Positions 31,879 to 45,571 of a stretch of DNA of 60,000 nucleotides are shown here, one piece after another. How positions within the stretch are numbered: position 1 is the first letter of the stretch; every line of letters begins with the position of its first letter. Made by a program: the position numbers and the translations under genes. Origin of the DNA: Lytechinus pictus (Eukaryota). Location: NCBI RefSeq assembly GCF_037042905.1, contig NC_087245.1:17362001-17422000 (forward strand), given 5' to 3'. The notes below the pieces were generated by a model. That model saw nothing but the letters and a program-made list of their open reading frames with translations. It did no database searches and had not been told where the DNA came from.

Positions 31879-34800
31879 CTCTGGGTTCAAGAGATATTCG
31901 ACATTTCTACTCAAAAGTTATTCACATTAGTTGTTTGACATGTTTTACTATTCTCACAGTACAAATGATTAGGCTTTACGTTTATTATTGTCATAGATAA
32001 TTCTAAATAATTTATAGATACTGTGCACCTTCGTTTAACGAAACTGGTATTAGCTATTATGTTTTTATTTTATCAAATTTGAGTCACATTTCCATGTCTT
32101 TTCCTTCTTGTTTCTTGTCATTGTATACTGTTTTTTTTCCTCCGGAAGGTCTAATTACTCTTTATGAATGTTGCAATCACCACTTTACTTTTTGCTTGTA
32201 TTTATGTTACATTTCTACCTTTTTTTAGCTTGTAATAATTATGAATTGTGAACAAATTTGTACTATCAAGAAAGCAATGACTTTCTCATATATTTATGTA
32301 ATCATAACCATCTTATACTTTCATACGATTTTACACGAATTTGTCGCAAAATATGCTTAAATCAATTTTATAACAAGCTTTTATCAAATTTGAAGGAAAT
32401 AAGCCTAAATTCAATGTATCCACATAATTAACGCAGAATGCTTTAATTTATTGCTTGTTATCAATCTTATCACACCTATTTTATTTTATATAAATTATGA
32501 AAATGATGCTAACCTGAAAAGCCACGATCAATTGGGAATATTTTGAAATCGGACTCCAAATTTTCAAGACTTTTATTTGATATGTGATGTGTATACCAAT
32601 ATTCACAGGACGAGTATTTAATAAGGAGGTATTTCACCTCGTAGAGTACAATGAAATGCCTTGTTAAATCACATTGTTACGATGGAAATCATTCTCGACT
32701 AATGTGATGTTACACATTATTGGGTAAAGTTTAAATATTATATCCTGGAAAATCATGACGGCATGATCAGCTCGGGTGTCATGAAGGATCGTGAAATAAT
32801 GAATAGACTGAAAGTATAATCGATGATTATTTTACAAGGGAAAAAGATGCCCTTAGATATCGCAATTATCGTAAAACGAAAGTGGTGTAGATTTGAACAG
32901 GAAAGTATACCATGCAAATTGTTACGTTTACCAGTCTTTCACAAGCTCATACCGAATTATATAATTTTGGAGAGAAAACATACAGGATTTTTTTAGCGGC
33001 TAGAGAAGTCATCCATTCCCCCTCCCCTCTCTCTCTTTCTCTCTTTCTTTCCATATTTTCTTTTCTTCCCTCCTTGTTGCTGCATTGAATCGACAATGAT
33101 TCTTCGTGAAATGAGTTTTAGTTAAATATGAAAATCATGAGGCAAGATTTCTAATGTTAATTCAAGCTGAAAATAAAATATAAAGTAGTTAAATATTGCT
33201 AGATAGCAGCTGATAAATTGCTTTTTTAATTGGATGATACAGAAAATTTGGTAGTGTTGCCAATTTGCAGCTGTATGTACTGTTTTCAAGAAAATGGCAC
33301 ACTATTAATCATGTATCGTTAGGTATCATAGAATAATCTACATGATCTAGGTGTAGTATCCGTAATCATGGTAATAGATTTCTTTCTGCACTACCTTCAT
33401 GGCGTTCTTAGGGACCTGAGAACATGTAGAATAGCACTTTTTTATATATAGAAACTATACTTACACCAAAGGCTATGATTTTGAAAGAATTTTAGATGTG
33501 CAAAAAGAAGAGTCTCACAAATATCACTGTACAAAGCTGCAAACCTCTGATGATTATATAGCGAAAATATTCTTGTAAATATTACGAGGTGTTGTGGAAC
33601 TCCACTCGAAAGCGTGAGATTGTAGATAATTTTATAGTTCAGATAATGTATTGCAGTACACAATGTCTATGCTATGATCACTGAAATGTGCTAATTATTG
33701 TGTATACGAAAGGAGATACATGAATATTCATTATACATATAAACTTTGTTACATTTTGTTTACGAGAACATTTTTGTTTACCGATTGTGGAGGAAGGATA
33801 GAGGAGGATAATGATGTCGCACGAGTAGACATGTTTATTGGCAGGTCCACTGCCTCTTTGACACTGAATTCTTACTGGTTCTGTAGACTAGTCATTTTAT
33901 ACCATTTTGCTATGAAGATGAAAAATATAAAACAGGAGATGTTGCAGTCTTTTTACATTATTGCTAACGTGGACATGTTCTGTGGATGTTAAAAAAGTAA
34001 TCATAATTGATGACTTATTTAGATGAATATAAATCTGTGTAGGCCTATGAGTGTTTTGATAATTTGAATAGCATTTATCGTGAGCTCCTTATTCTTCGCT
34101 TCAAAAGTGAGACAGGTCATGTGATCAATTATGGGAGTACGAATTTCGATCATTCAGAGTCAGTTTAGAAAAATCTATTAAATTTTAGCCGTTGTGTCTT
34201 TTCAAATGCATTATGAATGTGAGCACACTTTGATAGCATACTATGCGTTCTTGTGTAACACTTATTCGACCTTATAACTGTTATAACATGATAACATGCA
34301 ATTACGTTGCTAAAGATCTGTCATGAATCATATACTGCCAAAATCTGTTATCTGGATACTTGAAAAAAAATAGACACCGTTGTATATTTTTATAACGTGA
34401 ATGTAGTAGAATTCAGATATGTGAATCTCTAACTATAGCAATTTTGCATTTTAAGTTCGAGTGTTATTATTTGATGTGAGATATTAACACAAGTTTATTT
34501 CCCGAGTATACTGCACGATGAATCATTGACGTAAATTTCCCTTCTAGTGCAAGATTTGCTTTTATATTACTTTGTGATTTTATTTTTTACTTTGGACAAC
34601 AATCCAAGTAGATTATAAGTTAGAATTTTATTTTGAACACACTTTAAATGTTTCTGCCGCAAATCGTGTAATGGATGTTGTTAATTGTGGTAGATGCTTT
34701 AATCTTTATATACAATTTATATATGGTGTTGATTATTCGTATCGCATCTCAACATTTAGTGCAATGTCGTCCTCGTTTTATATGGAATCAGATTGTGTGC

Positions 34801-35390
34801 AAATTTGAGCACGTTTATACAAATTCGTATATCGGAGAGAGAGTGTGAGAGAAAGAAAACTATCAGAAATAAAGCTATTATTTTTCTACGTATACATGTG
34901 CCGATAGTAAATGTACTTAATTATGTTCATTTTGAACGAAAAGTGGTATTATCTGTAATGCTCAAGCCCCAAAAGTCGAATTGAAATCCTAAATCAAAAC
35001 ATTAAAAATCGCATTAACTGGCTGAACAATATTTTTGGACACTGAAAGGATTATGATATTTTTTTTCTATTATGTGAAATCAAAATTTAAAGCATCTATA
35101 CGATCTGAAATAACGATATCGTATATTTATATGTCATAATTTACCTTGCATAAGTCAAGCGATACATGCTATACATAAGTTGGAATGAAGGAGATCATTC
35201 TCGACATGGTTTCGTTTTTTTTTCCTTCAGTAACAAAGAGTTTAATCTATCTTATGTTCAGCGTAGTCTCGATCAGAGGCTCGCACGCTTGTTGTTATGT
35301 CATTGAAATAAATACAAGTACTTTTAGGCTATGCTATATGAGTGTATATGTTCTTCGGAGTTTTATATGATATTACTGCTAAAATAAAAC
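31879..35390 (+). other. Probable long AU-rich 3' UTR of NR4A
   Basis: Repeat-poor U-rich stretch after the stop; ATTTA at 32010, 32200, 32292, 32446 and 32616; AATAAA at 35307 and ~35383 followed by U-rich sequence. Confidence 0.5.
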
Positions 35391-35459
35391 GTCCACTGAC
35401 ACGATAACTTTTTGCTCAGTCTTACTTTATTTTATTTTGATCTTGCCATGTTCGTTTAT

Positions 35460-35592
35460 CTGATTGATGATCGATATTGATTGGTTGATTGATTGAATGA
35501 ATGATTGATTGATTGATTGATTGATGGATGGACGGATGGATTGATGGATGGACGGATGGATTGATTGATTGATTGATCGATCAATCGATTGA
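35460..35592. repeat. (GATT)n/(GATG)n tetranucleotide microsatellite
   Basis: Directly visible. Confidence 0.9.
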
Positions 35593-35828
35593 CATTCAGA
35601 TATTACGGTAGTGTAATGGACTTGATAAATCTTAAGACTAAGATTAAATTAACAGGAAAGGTGAAGCTTACAGAGAGAAAGAAAGAGAAAGAGATAGAAT
35701 GGATTGGTTTGAAAAATAGAATTATTGGGAAATGAGTGAATAATTACAAAAACAAAAATCACCTCTTGCCCACTAATTTGTCTATTTTGAAATTTAAACT
35801 AGCCTAATTAAAACTTGAAACTAATTGT

Positions 35829-36090
35829 AGAGGTGTTGTGGCTCAGTTGATAGGTCTCCAGACTTTGAACCAAAAGGTCAGGAATTCGAATTCCAACGCA
35901 GCACTCGCGTCAAGGCGTTTATCTTCATTTGCCACTCTCCACCCAAGTATAGTAAATCATGGGTACCCGGTATGAAGAATTTTCTTGAACGTTCGAGCGT
36001 CCGATCAGAGTAGCCTAGCCAAGTCCTCGGTAATGGTACGCAGTTTTTATATCAACATTACGGCGCTATACAGATGCATATTATTATATA
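35829..36090 (+). mobile_element. tRNA-derived SINE
   Basis: A-box TGGCTCAGTTG, B-box-like ATTCGAATTCC, core TTTGCCACTCTCCACCCA...ATGGGTACCCGG, tail GCGCTATAC...ATTATTA. Confidence 0.8.
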
Positions 36091-37048
36091 ATCCTGGCAA
36101 TTATTTCTCATACTGGAAACCAATATACTAATAAACCCCTACTAGGCCTACAACAGATAATTCTAGTCTATGAATTATCAAGTACAGAGTCATGTACTAT
36201 AAACTAATCTCATATTCTAAACACCCAACCTCCTGTCATTATCTCTTAGTATCCACAACCATTTCTTTCTGTAGTGTTTATTGTCTGTTGGATCGTCTGT
36301 TTACTTACTTCATTAATAATCATAGGAAAATCAAGTTATCTAATTATCATAATCGCAATGGTGAAAATTATCAGGAATCAGACTGCTTAAATCAACGACA
36401 TAATCGTGATGAATACTGCTGCATGGACGTTCTCAATTTCGAGGTACAAAATACTGTAACAAGACATCGATAATTGGCAGAAGGCCTAAAATGTCCCGTT
36501 CAAGATCATTGTTTAAAAAATGACTTTTATGTTATATACAAACATAACTCGCCGATTACACTAACAGTTTCATTTAGAGATCAAGAGATCAAGTGTGTGT
36601 GTGTATGCGTGGGTGGGTGTAAGAGAGTGTTTACATGTGGGTAGGCGTGTGTGTGCGCTCCTGTATTTGATGTTACAGACGAGGAATGCGTGCGTGTGTG
36701 TTTGACATAGGAATACTTGTACATTTCAAGTGCCTATAAACTTGTACAAAAAATATTGGGATAGCCTAAGAATGAGTTGCAAGAAAATTTTTACGGAATT
36801 ATAGCAAACAAATATTATACTAAATCATTTATACTGTATATACAAGTTGATTGAATTACATGTGATTGATTTTTCAGAAAAAAAGAGACAATTAAATTTG
36901 GTTACACAATTATTGGGGGATGTTGGGTGAAGGCTCGCTATTCCAATATTTAATGATTCCACATACAGGTTTATAATTCCGAATGCTCGTTACTCCTAAA
37001 TACAGATAATGAATCAACCAAGATGTTCGCTCATGTGAGTCTGAAAAT

Positions 37049-37586
37049 AACAAGTGTAACGCCACTGGCAGCCCGTCTCGCCTGTTTAACGCGATTCATA
37101 TGGCAGCAGAGCTCACTTAAAAAAAAACTAAGATTAAATATTATTCACAAAAAACATCATTTACATGATAATAAAACATTAACTTCATTGATGTAAAAAG
37201 ACCTTTGACCTCGATCATGTGACCTGAAACTCGTGCAAAAAAAAAATCAGTGATACTTGATTACCCTTATTACAAGTTTCATGCAATAGATCCATTTATT
37301 TTCAAAGTTATGATAACATTTAAGATTTCAATGTTGATAAGATCATTGACCTACATGTACATGACCTTTGACCTATGTGACCTGAAACTCGTGTAAGACG
37401 ATCAGTGGTAATTTATTAACCTTATGTCCAAGTTTCATGAACTAGGTCCATGATTATAATTTTTTTTAGCTAAGATGAAATTTCCAAAACTCAACTTTGG
37501 TTAGGATTTCAATGTTGACGACTCTGCCACCGTCGGAAAAAACGACGCAAATATAGTCTTGCTCCGCTATGCATGCAAGACAAAAA
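37049..37586 (-). mobile_element. Helentron-associated (HINE/DINE-1-like) element, shorter copy, inserted in a foldback-arm remnant (~36930-37745)
   Basis: Same ends as 49695-51155 (AACAAGTG...GTCTCGCCTG; ATGCATGCAAGACAAAAA); internal CATGTGACCTGAAACTC repeats. Confidence 0.7.
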
Positions 37587-38310
37587 CTTGTGGCTTTATT
37601 CCGAAGGTTCGTTGGTCCGAAAAGAAAAAAGTGTTTATATTTTCCAAAGGTTCGTTAATCTGACAATGAAATAAGATTCGCTATTTTCGTAGATCCGTTA
37701 GTCCTGACATAAGGGTTCTTTATTCCAAAGGTTGGTTAGTCCAAATGAAAAAAATCACGAGACACTGTCATTAATAAATAAAGTATATCTATAATGTTGC
37801 AAATCAGGTTAAATTACATAGTACAATGAGGCATTGGCATGTGCATAAATTGGTCGAGAAATGAAGGAGAAGCGAGATGCCTATTTTGTACAATTTTCAA
37901 GTAAATTTTTCATGAACATATCTTCAATAATTTTCACGACAATATCGCAAAATTCTATATAGAACATACTGTGCAATAAATAATAATATTCATATTCAGT
38001 TCTTATATAGCGGATATTCCACTCAACGTTTTATTCGCTTTAAAGGGACAAGAAAAGTTAAATCCGGTTGAAAAAATAAACGAGAATGAGGACCATTCTA
38101 TGATTTCAAAAAAAGTGCATAAGCATATATCTGTATAAATAATGATTGATTTGAAATCTAAGTAAGATTGAAATATCTCACATAGTGTTATTATATGATG
38201 CCAACTGAATTTAAACCATTTAAAAAGAAATTTAAAATTCTTGACGGACGACAGACGCCACACCAAGGCATGATCTAATCTATAAATTAAGGCCAGATTC
38301 AAAAACGAAA

Positions 38311-38816
38311 ATGATAATAATAATCCGCATTTATATAGCGCTTAACATATTGGAACGACGTTTCTAAGTGCTTTACACGGGAGCGTTTCATGAAAGGACT
38401 TGTCAGACGTTTTATCCGACAAGTCCTATTTTATCCGACAGTTACCATAGTAACATTGCTTATCAGCCAATCAAAATCAAGGAAAGTTGTCAAATCTGAC
38501 AACATGTCGGACAAAAATGTTGATGAAACGCTCCCCATATATATTATTATCCCGGTCATCGGGTCCTTGCATACCCGCATACAATGTATGCACCGTCTCC
38601 ACTCCCTGGGGAGCATTCCAACAAGAATTCCAAGACTCAATTGCTAGGCATACTACATATGCTTTCGCATCCTACCGGGTACCCATTTGACATCTGGGTG
38701 GAGAGTGGCAAATTGTGGATTGACGCCTTGCCAAAGGACGCTAGGCCATGGTGGGATTCGAACACACGACCCTCTGATTACGAGGCGAGAGTCAGAACCG
38801 CTTCACCACGGTGCTG
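38311..38816 (-). mobile_element. tRNA-derived SINE interrupted by a MITE
   Basis: Minus strand CGTGGTGAAGCGG...GTTCGAATCCC...TGCCACTCTCCACCCAG...GGGTACCCGG; tail AAGCGCTATATAAATGCGG(ATT)n. Confidence 0.85.
38379..38535. mobile_element. Harbinger-like MITE within the SINE tail
   Basis: TIR GGGAGCGTTTCAT / ATGAAACGCTCCC; flanks CAC/CAT. Confidence 0.8.
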
Positions 38817-40599
38817 CGAAAAGATGGGGCGTGGAAAAGGGGACCGTAAGTTGGTGTACTGGTGGAGGTTTGGTGGGATGGTCACTATAAGGGAAAAAAA
38901 TTTATTAAGGATAAAGTTAACTCAGTGCCACTTTAATAATCGAATGTGTAGCATTTTCCAACATGTTTATTTTTCATCAAATTCTCTTTTTCTGACCAAT
39001 TTTACTTTTAGGCACGCCAGAACTATCAATTCGTCATTTACTAAAAATTATTTTAATTCGGGTTCGCTCGCCTGGCTCGATCGCATCATTTCCAAATAGT
39101 GCGCAATTATCTAACATTTATCCCCCTCGAAAGGTTGACCTCGTTACGGCTCTGGGGTGGATAGAAAGCTAATAGAATACTGTGTTGTTTAAAAAATGAC
39201 TAAATATCGCTTCACATTCCTACAGCCAGCCAATTGGAGTCTCATCAACGGCCATATGCAGCGAAGGGAGAGGTGGTGCACTCCCAGAAATTTAGAAAAT
39301 TTATATTCTCACTGAAATGGCAACACATTTTCTTTTTTATAATTCTGTTTTCATTATAACAATTTGAAGTAAATCACAAAATTTACAAATGATTATTAGG
39401 TGATTGCAAATCACATAAACACAAGTTGGTTACAAAAAAGACAAAACAACAACAATAATGATAGGATAATCCCTACCCACTTATCCTTCCCCTCCCCTAA
39501 AAGGAATGTTGCAAAGTGATGACTTCTTACCAGTGTTATCTAAACAGAGATAGGTGATTTGGTAAATAAAGTAGACAAAACAAGATATACAAGCTATGAT
39601 TATGGAGGTTTTTAAACGAACAAGTATAACGAGGAAATATTCCAAGTCTTGTTTTTTTTTTAACAAATGTTTTAAGAAAGCAAAACTTGGAGGATTATTC
39701 TTAAATTTACATGTATGAATAAACTTCAAAAGTAAAAAAAAAAGAAAAAAAAAAGGATGAAATGAACTTATCAGTTGAGAGTCCGAACATTTTTTAAAAT
39801 TAGAACCATTTATTTGAACTTTCACATACACAAAAACAGGTGGACTATTGTTTCCTTACTTTTATCACAAAAAACACAATCATGACATTTGGTGAATCCT
39901 TAAATTTAATCTTATATAAGAAATCATTTAATGCTATGGCTTTATGAAAAATCTTAAAATAGAATGATCTTAATTTAGTATCAATGGTACAAAAAAAATT
40001 GTATAATGTACCTTTTCCCAATTGATAGTCCCTGGTATTGGTAAACGGATCCCAATAAGAGTTTCTTTTGTCAGGTGTGTGTGATCCCTTAAATAAATTG
40101 TATGAATTTCTGGGGACTTTTTTTATAACTCAACAATTTATGTACAATTGTTTAATGAACACGGATAATATCAGGGCCAAAATTCACCAAGCATTCTTCA
40201 GGGATGCACTTAATCAAAAAGATTTATTTCCTTCTGTCTGTTTGGGGGTTCCAAAATCTAACACAGGCTCTTCAAAGAGTTTGTGACCTAAAAGAGGATT
40301 AAACAAGTCTGACATTATTAAGACATTTCTCTCATGCCACACTGGATAATTAAAATACTGTTTAGTTTTTGAACGAATGAATTTGTTATACCACAGAAGT
40401 TGACAACCACTCAAATCTGAAATTTTTTTATTCACTTCATAACCATTGATTTTGGTAGCATATTAGATTAGGAACCTCCTGGACAATTTCTGGACATTCT
40501 TGGTGCCTGGTGTGAGTGTAGTAAGGATACCATTTTCGGGGGTCAGCTAAATCTGAGTCTCACAGCAGCCATACTGGATTTACATTGTACAATCAATGT

Positions 40600-43500
40600 A
40601 CAAGCAAACTCTTTCATGTTCGGCCGGCCATGCCAACATTGGACCCTTCTCTTAGAATGCCCTATTATACTCTGTTATAACAATGGAGATTACCCTTGTC
40701 ATCTGCATTGTTCTCTTTGTGTTGGCTATATTTTTTTTTAATTGGACTTGATGTCTAACATGTATGACTTAGCTACACAACATGGTGTAGGTACACGGCT
40801 TGTCTATGATAGAGAATTTATTCTGCATCTAAACCCACACCGCAGAGAAGTCGACCTTCTCTTACATTCACCGACCTCTCCTCTCCTCTCCTGAAGTCCA
40901 ATCTTTCGACAGGGCAAAAGAGACACAGGAGTCATCGTGGTAAACGCGGAAACAAAGAGAGATTAAAGTTTGCCTATCTCCAAGAGTCTACGTTGACAAT
41001 CGGCCAGGCCGATATGACGTACAAAATGACACAAACAGGAACCTCAACAATCTAGTGAAAGTACCTAAAAAACAAGACCATGATAGTAAACTGAATGTTC
41101 AATTATGGAATTGCAGTTCTGTGATGAATAAGGCTTCCCTCTTGTATGATCATATTCTGGATAGTAATGTTGACATTATGTTCCTAACCGAGACCTGGTT
41201 ACACAGTGATGATCCAGTTGTCATCGGAGAGTGCACACCTGCTGGTTATGCATTCTTGAACGTGGCAAGAGGTGGAAATGATGCCCATGGTGGGCTTGCA
41301 GTAATTTACAAGACTGGATTGAAATTGTCCTCTGTCAACATTTCGTCCTCTCATGACACTTTTGAACTTGCTGCTGTTCTTGATCCCTCAAGTTCTGTAT
41401 GCTATGTTGTCATCTACAGACCTCCTCCCTCAGCAAAGAATGGGAGTTTGAGGAACTGGTTTGTGAGCTGACTACACACACATGGAAGCTCCTCATTCTT
41501 GGCGATTTTAACATGCAGGTGGACACTCCTTCTAAGCCAGATGTATCAGTTTTCTGGAGATCATTGCACAAGCTGGTCTGCAGCAGCACATCACCACACC
41601 AACACACAAACATGGCCACGTCCTTGATCTGGTAATTTCCAGGGGGCCGTTTCATAAAGCTGTTCGTAAGTTAAGAGCGACTTTAAGAACGACTGGTGAT
41701 TCTTTCTTGTGGTAAATGATGCTCACCATTATAATGTTGGTGATTATTTAGCGCGTAAGAAAGGATCACCAGTCGTTCTTAAAGTCGCTCTTAACTTACG
41801 AACAACTTTATGAAACACCCACCAGGATGGATGACTCTCTTGTGTCCAAATGTGAAGTGCTGAATAAACTGTACTCCGATCACTACGTTCTAAGTTGTGT
41901 CATCGACGTAGCTAAACAGCAGCGGTGTGCATCAACATCAATGAGACGTAACTTTCGTGACCTGGACAAGGATTCCTTTCACATCAGTTCACTTTAAGGG
42001 AGGCATTTCGTGATTTCCCTTTTGAAAGTGATGTTAATACCCAGGTGGAGTTCTACAAGAAAACTATTCTGGATGTCCTCAACCAACACTGTCCTGCCAG
42101 CAAGCATGTCCATCGTTTTCGCCCCCATCCTCCTTGGTATACAGATGAGGTCCATCAAGCGAGACGAACACGGCGAAAAATTGAAAGACGTTGGAGAAAG
42201 CTGCGAACACCCGAGAGCCGCCAGCTGTACTTATCTGCAGTTCATGACGTCTGCAACATCATACATAGACAGAAGTCACAGTTCTACACAGACCAGCTAT
42301 GTAGCGCATGTAGCGCGGATATCAAGAATGTGTTCCGTGTTTTCAATACGCTGCTGAACAGATCGCCGACCATTCTTCCTGCAGATACCTCAGCTACATC
42401 GTTACCTGACAGATTTGCCACCTTCTTCACTCAGAAAGTATAGAGAATTAGATCAGATCTTCATGCAGGGAATGCGGAATCTCAAGTTAGTGCCAATGTG
42501 TAACATGAAGATGGAGCAGCGTATCAGCTAAAAGATTTTGATGATGTCACTGCGGAGAGAGTGTACAAGTTCATTCGTTCCGCAACTAATAATTCGTGTT
42601 CGCTAGATCCATTGCCGACATGGCTCTTGAAGGAGAACATTAACACACTACTTCTATATATTGTGTCAATCATCAACACATTTTTGAACAGCGGTCTCTT
42701 TCATGTAGCACTGAGGGAAGCATTGGTTACTCCACTTATCAAGAAATCTAACCTCGATCGTGATAACTTGAAAAACTACAGACCTGTCTCCAATGTACCA
42801 TTTCTTTCCAAAATCATTGAGAGGGCTGCTTTGTCCCAAATCTTGGACTATCTGGATACAAATGATCTGCATGTTAAGAATCGGTCAGCCTACCGACGTG
42901 ACCATAGCACAGAGACTGCTCTCTCAATTGTTCAAAATGACATTCTTCGAGCAATAGACAACAAACTTGTTACATTTGTTGTCTTCCTAGACCTCTCTGC
43001 AGCATTTGACTCCGTCGATCATGACATTCTCCTGAATCTTCTCACTAGTCAATTCGGCATCTTTGGGAATGTGAAGACCTGGTACGACTCTAACCTGAAG
43101 GAACGGAGTTTCAGGCTGAAGGTTGCGAACAAGCTCTCAAAACCAGTTCCTTTGAATTTCGGTGTTCCGCAGGGGTCGGTGGTCGGTCCGCAGCTTTTTA
43201 GTTTGTATACTCAGCCCATGTCAGACATCATCGAACAACATGAAGGTATACATTATCATATCTATGCAGACGACGTGCAGCTGTATATCTCCGCAGACCA
43301 AAAGGACAGACGTGCAGTCGAGCTGGCTCTCACCACATTATCAGTGTGCGTTAGAGGCCTGCAGCGGTGGATGCAGAGCAACATGTTGAAACTGAACTGT
43401 GAAAAAACAGAGTTCCTGGTTGTTGCCAACCCCAGCTATCTCCATCTTGTGTCCGATGTTGGTCTCGTCATTGGTGAAACTGTAGTGCAACCTTCATCTT

Positions 43501-44200
43501 CAGTCAGAAGCCTGGGTGTTGTGATTGACTCCTCCCTGAAGATGAATCGCCACGTTTCATCCCTTTCAAGTTCGCTGCATTTTCATCTCTCAAATATAGC
43601 TCGTATAAGGCCTTTCCTAAGCCAGGCTGCCTGCGAGCATGCTGAGAGCTTTGATCACATCAAGAATTGACTATGCAAACTCCCTGCTATGTGGTACATC
43701 TTCGGCTAACATCCAGCGACTTCAACGAGCTCAGAATCGTGCAGCCAAATTGGTATTCCTTGCCAAGAAGCGTGATCATGCCTCTCCGCTTCTATATCAA
43801 TTACACTGGCTTCCTGTCAAAATCATTGCCTACAAATGCTCCATCCTATCTTAATGACCTAATTTCTCTGTACCAGAATGAAAGGCGTGGACTACGATCA
43901 GGTAATGATACCACTCTGTTGGCAAGGTCAAGAACTGCTACCTCCTCAGGGGACCGATCGTTCGCTGCTGCCGCGCCACGCCTTTGGAACCAGGTCCCCG
44001 CTGCATCCGTGAATCGTCTGGGAGCATTTCTGCGGTCATTAAAGACATTTCTTTTTAATAATTAATTAACTTGCTATTTATGTATGTAAGTATTTTTGCT
44101 TTCTTTCACAATTTTGATTTTGCTCATTTTGTAAAGCGCTGTGATACAATCATTGTGAAGAGTGCTATATAAATACTTATATTGTATTGTATTGTATTGT
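40600..44200 (+). mobile_element. Decayed L2/CR1-group non-LTR retrotransposon (APE endonuclease plus reverse transcriptase); 5' boundary approximate
   Basis: EN motifs LWNCSS, FLTETW, GGLAVIY, IYRPP, LGDFN, SDH; RT motifs NYRPVSN, FLDLSAAFDSVDH, GVPQGSVVGP, YADD; LHWLPV; several stops and frameshifts; 3' GTGCTATATAAAT plus (ATTGT)n tail. Confidence 0.93.
41643..41822. mobile_element. Harbinger-like MITE inserted in the LINE endonuclease
   Basis: TIRs of about 58 bp (GGGGCCGTTTCATAAAG...); CAG target-site duplication at 41640-41642 and 41823-41825. Confidence 0.88.
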
Positions 44201-44731
44201 CAATGCTTCAGATAATTGTATATTACCAAGACTGCTTAGAATGCTCTCAGGAGCATGAGATTTCCACAGAATTCGAATATCATGATTACATTTTTCTAAA
44301 AGCAACACATTTTCTTCAAAATATCTACATAGCATTCTCAAGTGAAACTATATTTACTGAATTTTGCATGATATACTTGTATTTCTTTTTTGTTGTTGTT
44401 TTACTTCTATATTGTATTGCCCCCCCAAAAAAGTATTTTTTTTTTCATTGTCGTATTATCTTATCTTTTTTCAATTTCGGACTATCTATTTAACTTCATT
44501 TGCGGACTAACAAACTTCCGCGGATTAACGAGATGTTGTCAAAAGTTGATATTTTATCAATAGGCGCTGCATATAAAAAGAAACCTTAATTGCAACTGCA
44601 ATGATGCAATAGACAAATCAATACAATAATTATTATCCAAAATATTGTGGCACTTCTGTTTACATTTATAAATACACATCGCAATTACTACACTAAAACA
44701 CATAAATGTACATGTTTATCCAATTTCTTAA

Positions 44732-45571
44732 AGGTCAAGTCCACCCCAGAAAAAAGTAGATTTGAATAAATAGAGAAAAATCTAATTGGCATAACGCAAA
44801 AAATTTCATCAAAGTCGGATGTAAAATAAGAAAGTTATGACATTTTAAAGTTTCGCTTATTTTTCACAAAACAGTGATATGCGCAACTCAGTGACATGCA
44901 AATGAGGCAGTCGATGATGTCCCTCACTCACTATTTCTTTTGTTTTTTATTGTTTGAATTATACAATATTTCATTTTTTACAGATTTGACAATAAGGACC
45001 TACACTGCAAAAACGCCGGTGTTAATTTAACATCAGCCCGGAAAATATATATGTCCACACCGGAGAAGTGTTAAACAACACCAGTTGGGTTTGGTCTAAC
45101 ACCAGATATGTGTTTATACAACACCAATTAGTATTAAAAAAGCATCGGTTTGATTCCAAAGTGGTGTTGTTTTAATACTTCTCTGGTGTGGACATGTATA
45201 GATTCCGGGCTGGTGTTAAATTAACACCAGCATTTTTTGCAGTGTACTTGACTGAACCATAAAGTATTAAACAATGCTAATTCCACATGTTCAGGGAGGA
45301 ATGAATCAATGTTTCACTTGACAATGAGGAGAAAATTAGAATATTTCATATAATAAAATACAAAAGAAACAGTGAGTTAATGACGTCATCAGTCTCCTCA
45401 TTTGCATACCCACCAGGATGTGCATATAACTGTTTTGTGAAATTAAGCGAAACTTTAAAATTTCATAACTTTCTTATTTTACATCCGATTTTGATGAAAT
45501 TTTCAGCGTTATGCTTGTTGGATTTTTCTCTTTTTATTCAAATCAACTTTTTGTTTGGGTGGACTTGTCCT
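44732..45571. mobile_element. Kolobok-like MITE with TTAA TSD
   Basis: TTAA|AGGTCAAGTCCACCC ... GGGTGGACTTGTCCT|TTAA; long imperfect palindromic arms. Confidence 0.88.
45003..45244. mobile_element. CACTGCAAAA MITE nested in the Kolobok-like element
   Basis: TA|CACTGCAAAAACGCCGGTGTT ... AACACCAGCATTTTTTGCAGTG|TA. Confidence 0.88.

Noticed and set aside
38740..38816. tRNA-like sequences with A and B boxes (also 50385-50461 and 35829-35900)
   Set aside because: They continue into a shared SINE core and LINE-like tail; SINE heads rather than tRNA genes.
38584..39099. 171-aa ORF
   Set aside because: Reads antisense through a SINE into AT-rich flank; no protein features.
42561..43670. 369-aa reverse transcriptase ORF as a retron, DGR or domesticated gene
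   Set aside because: Flanked by APE endonuclease remnants and a LINE tail with multiple stops and frameshifts; an ordinary dead LINE.
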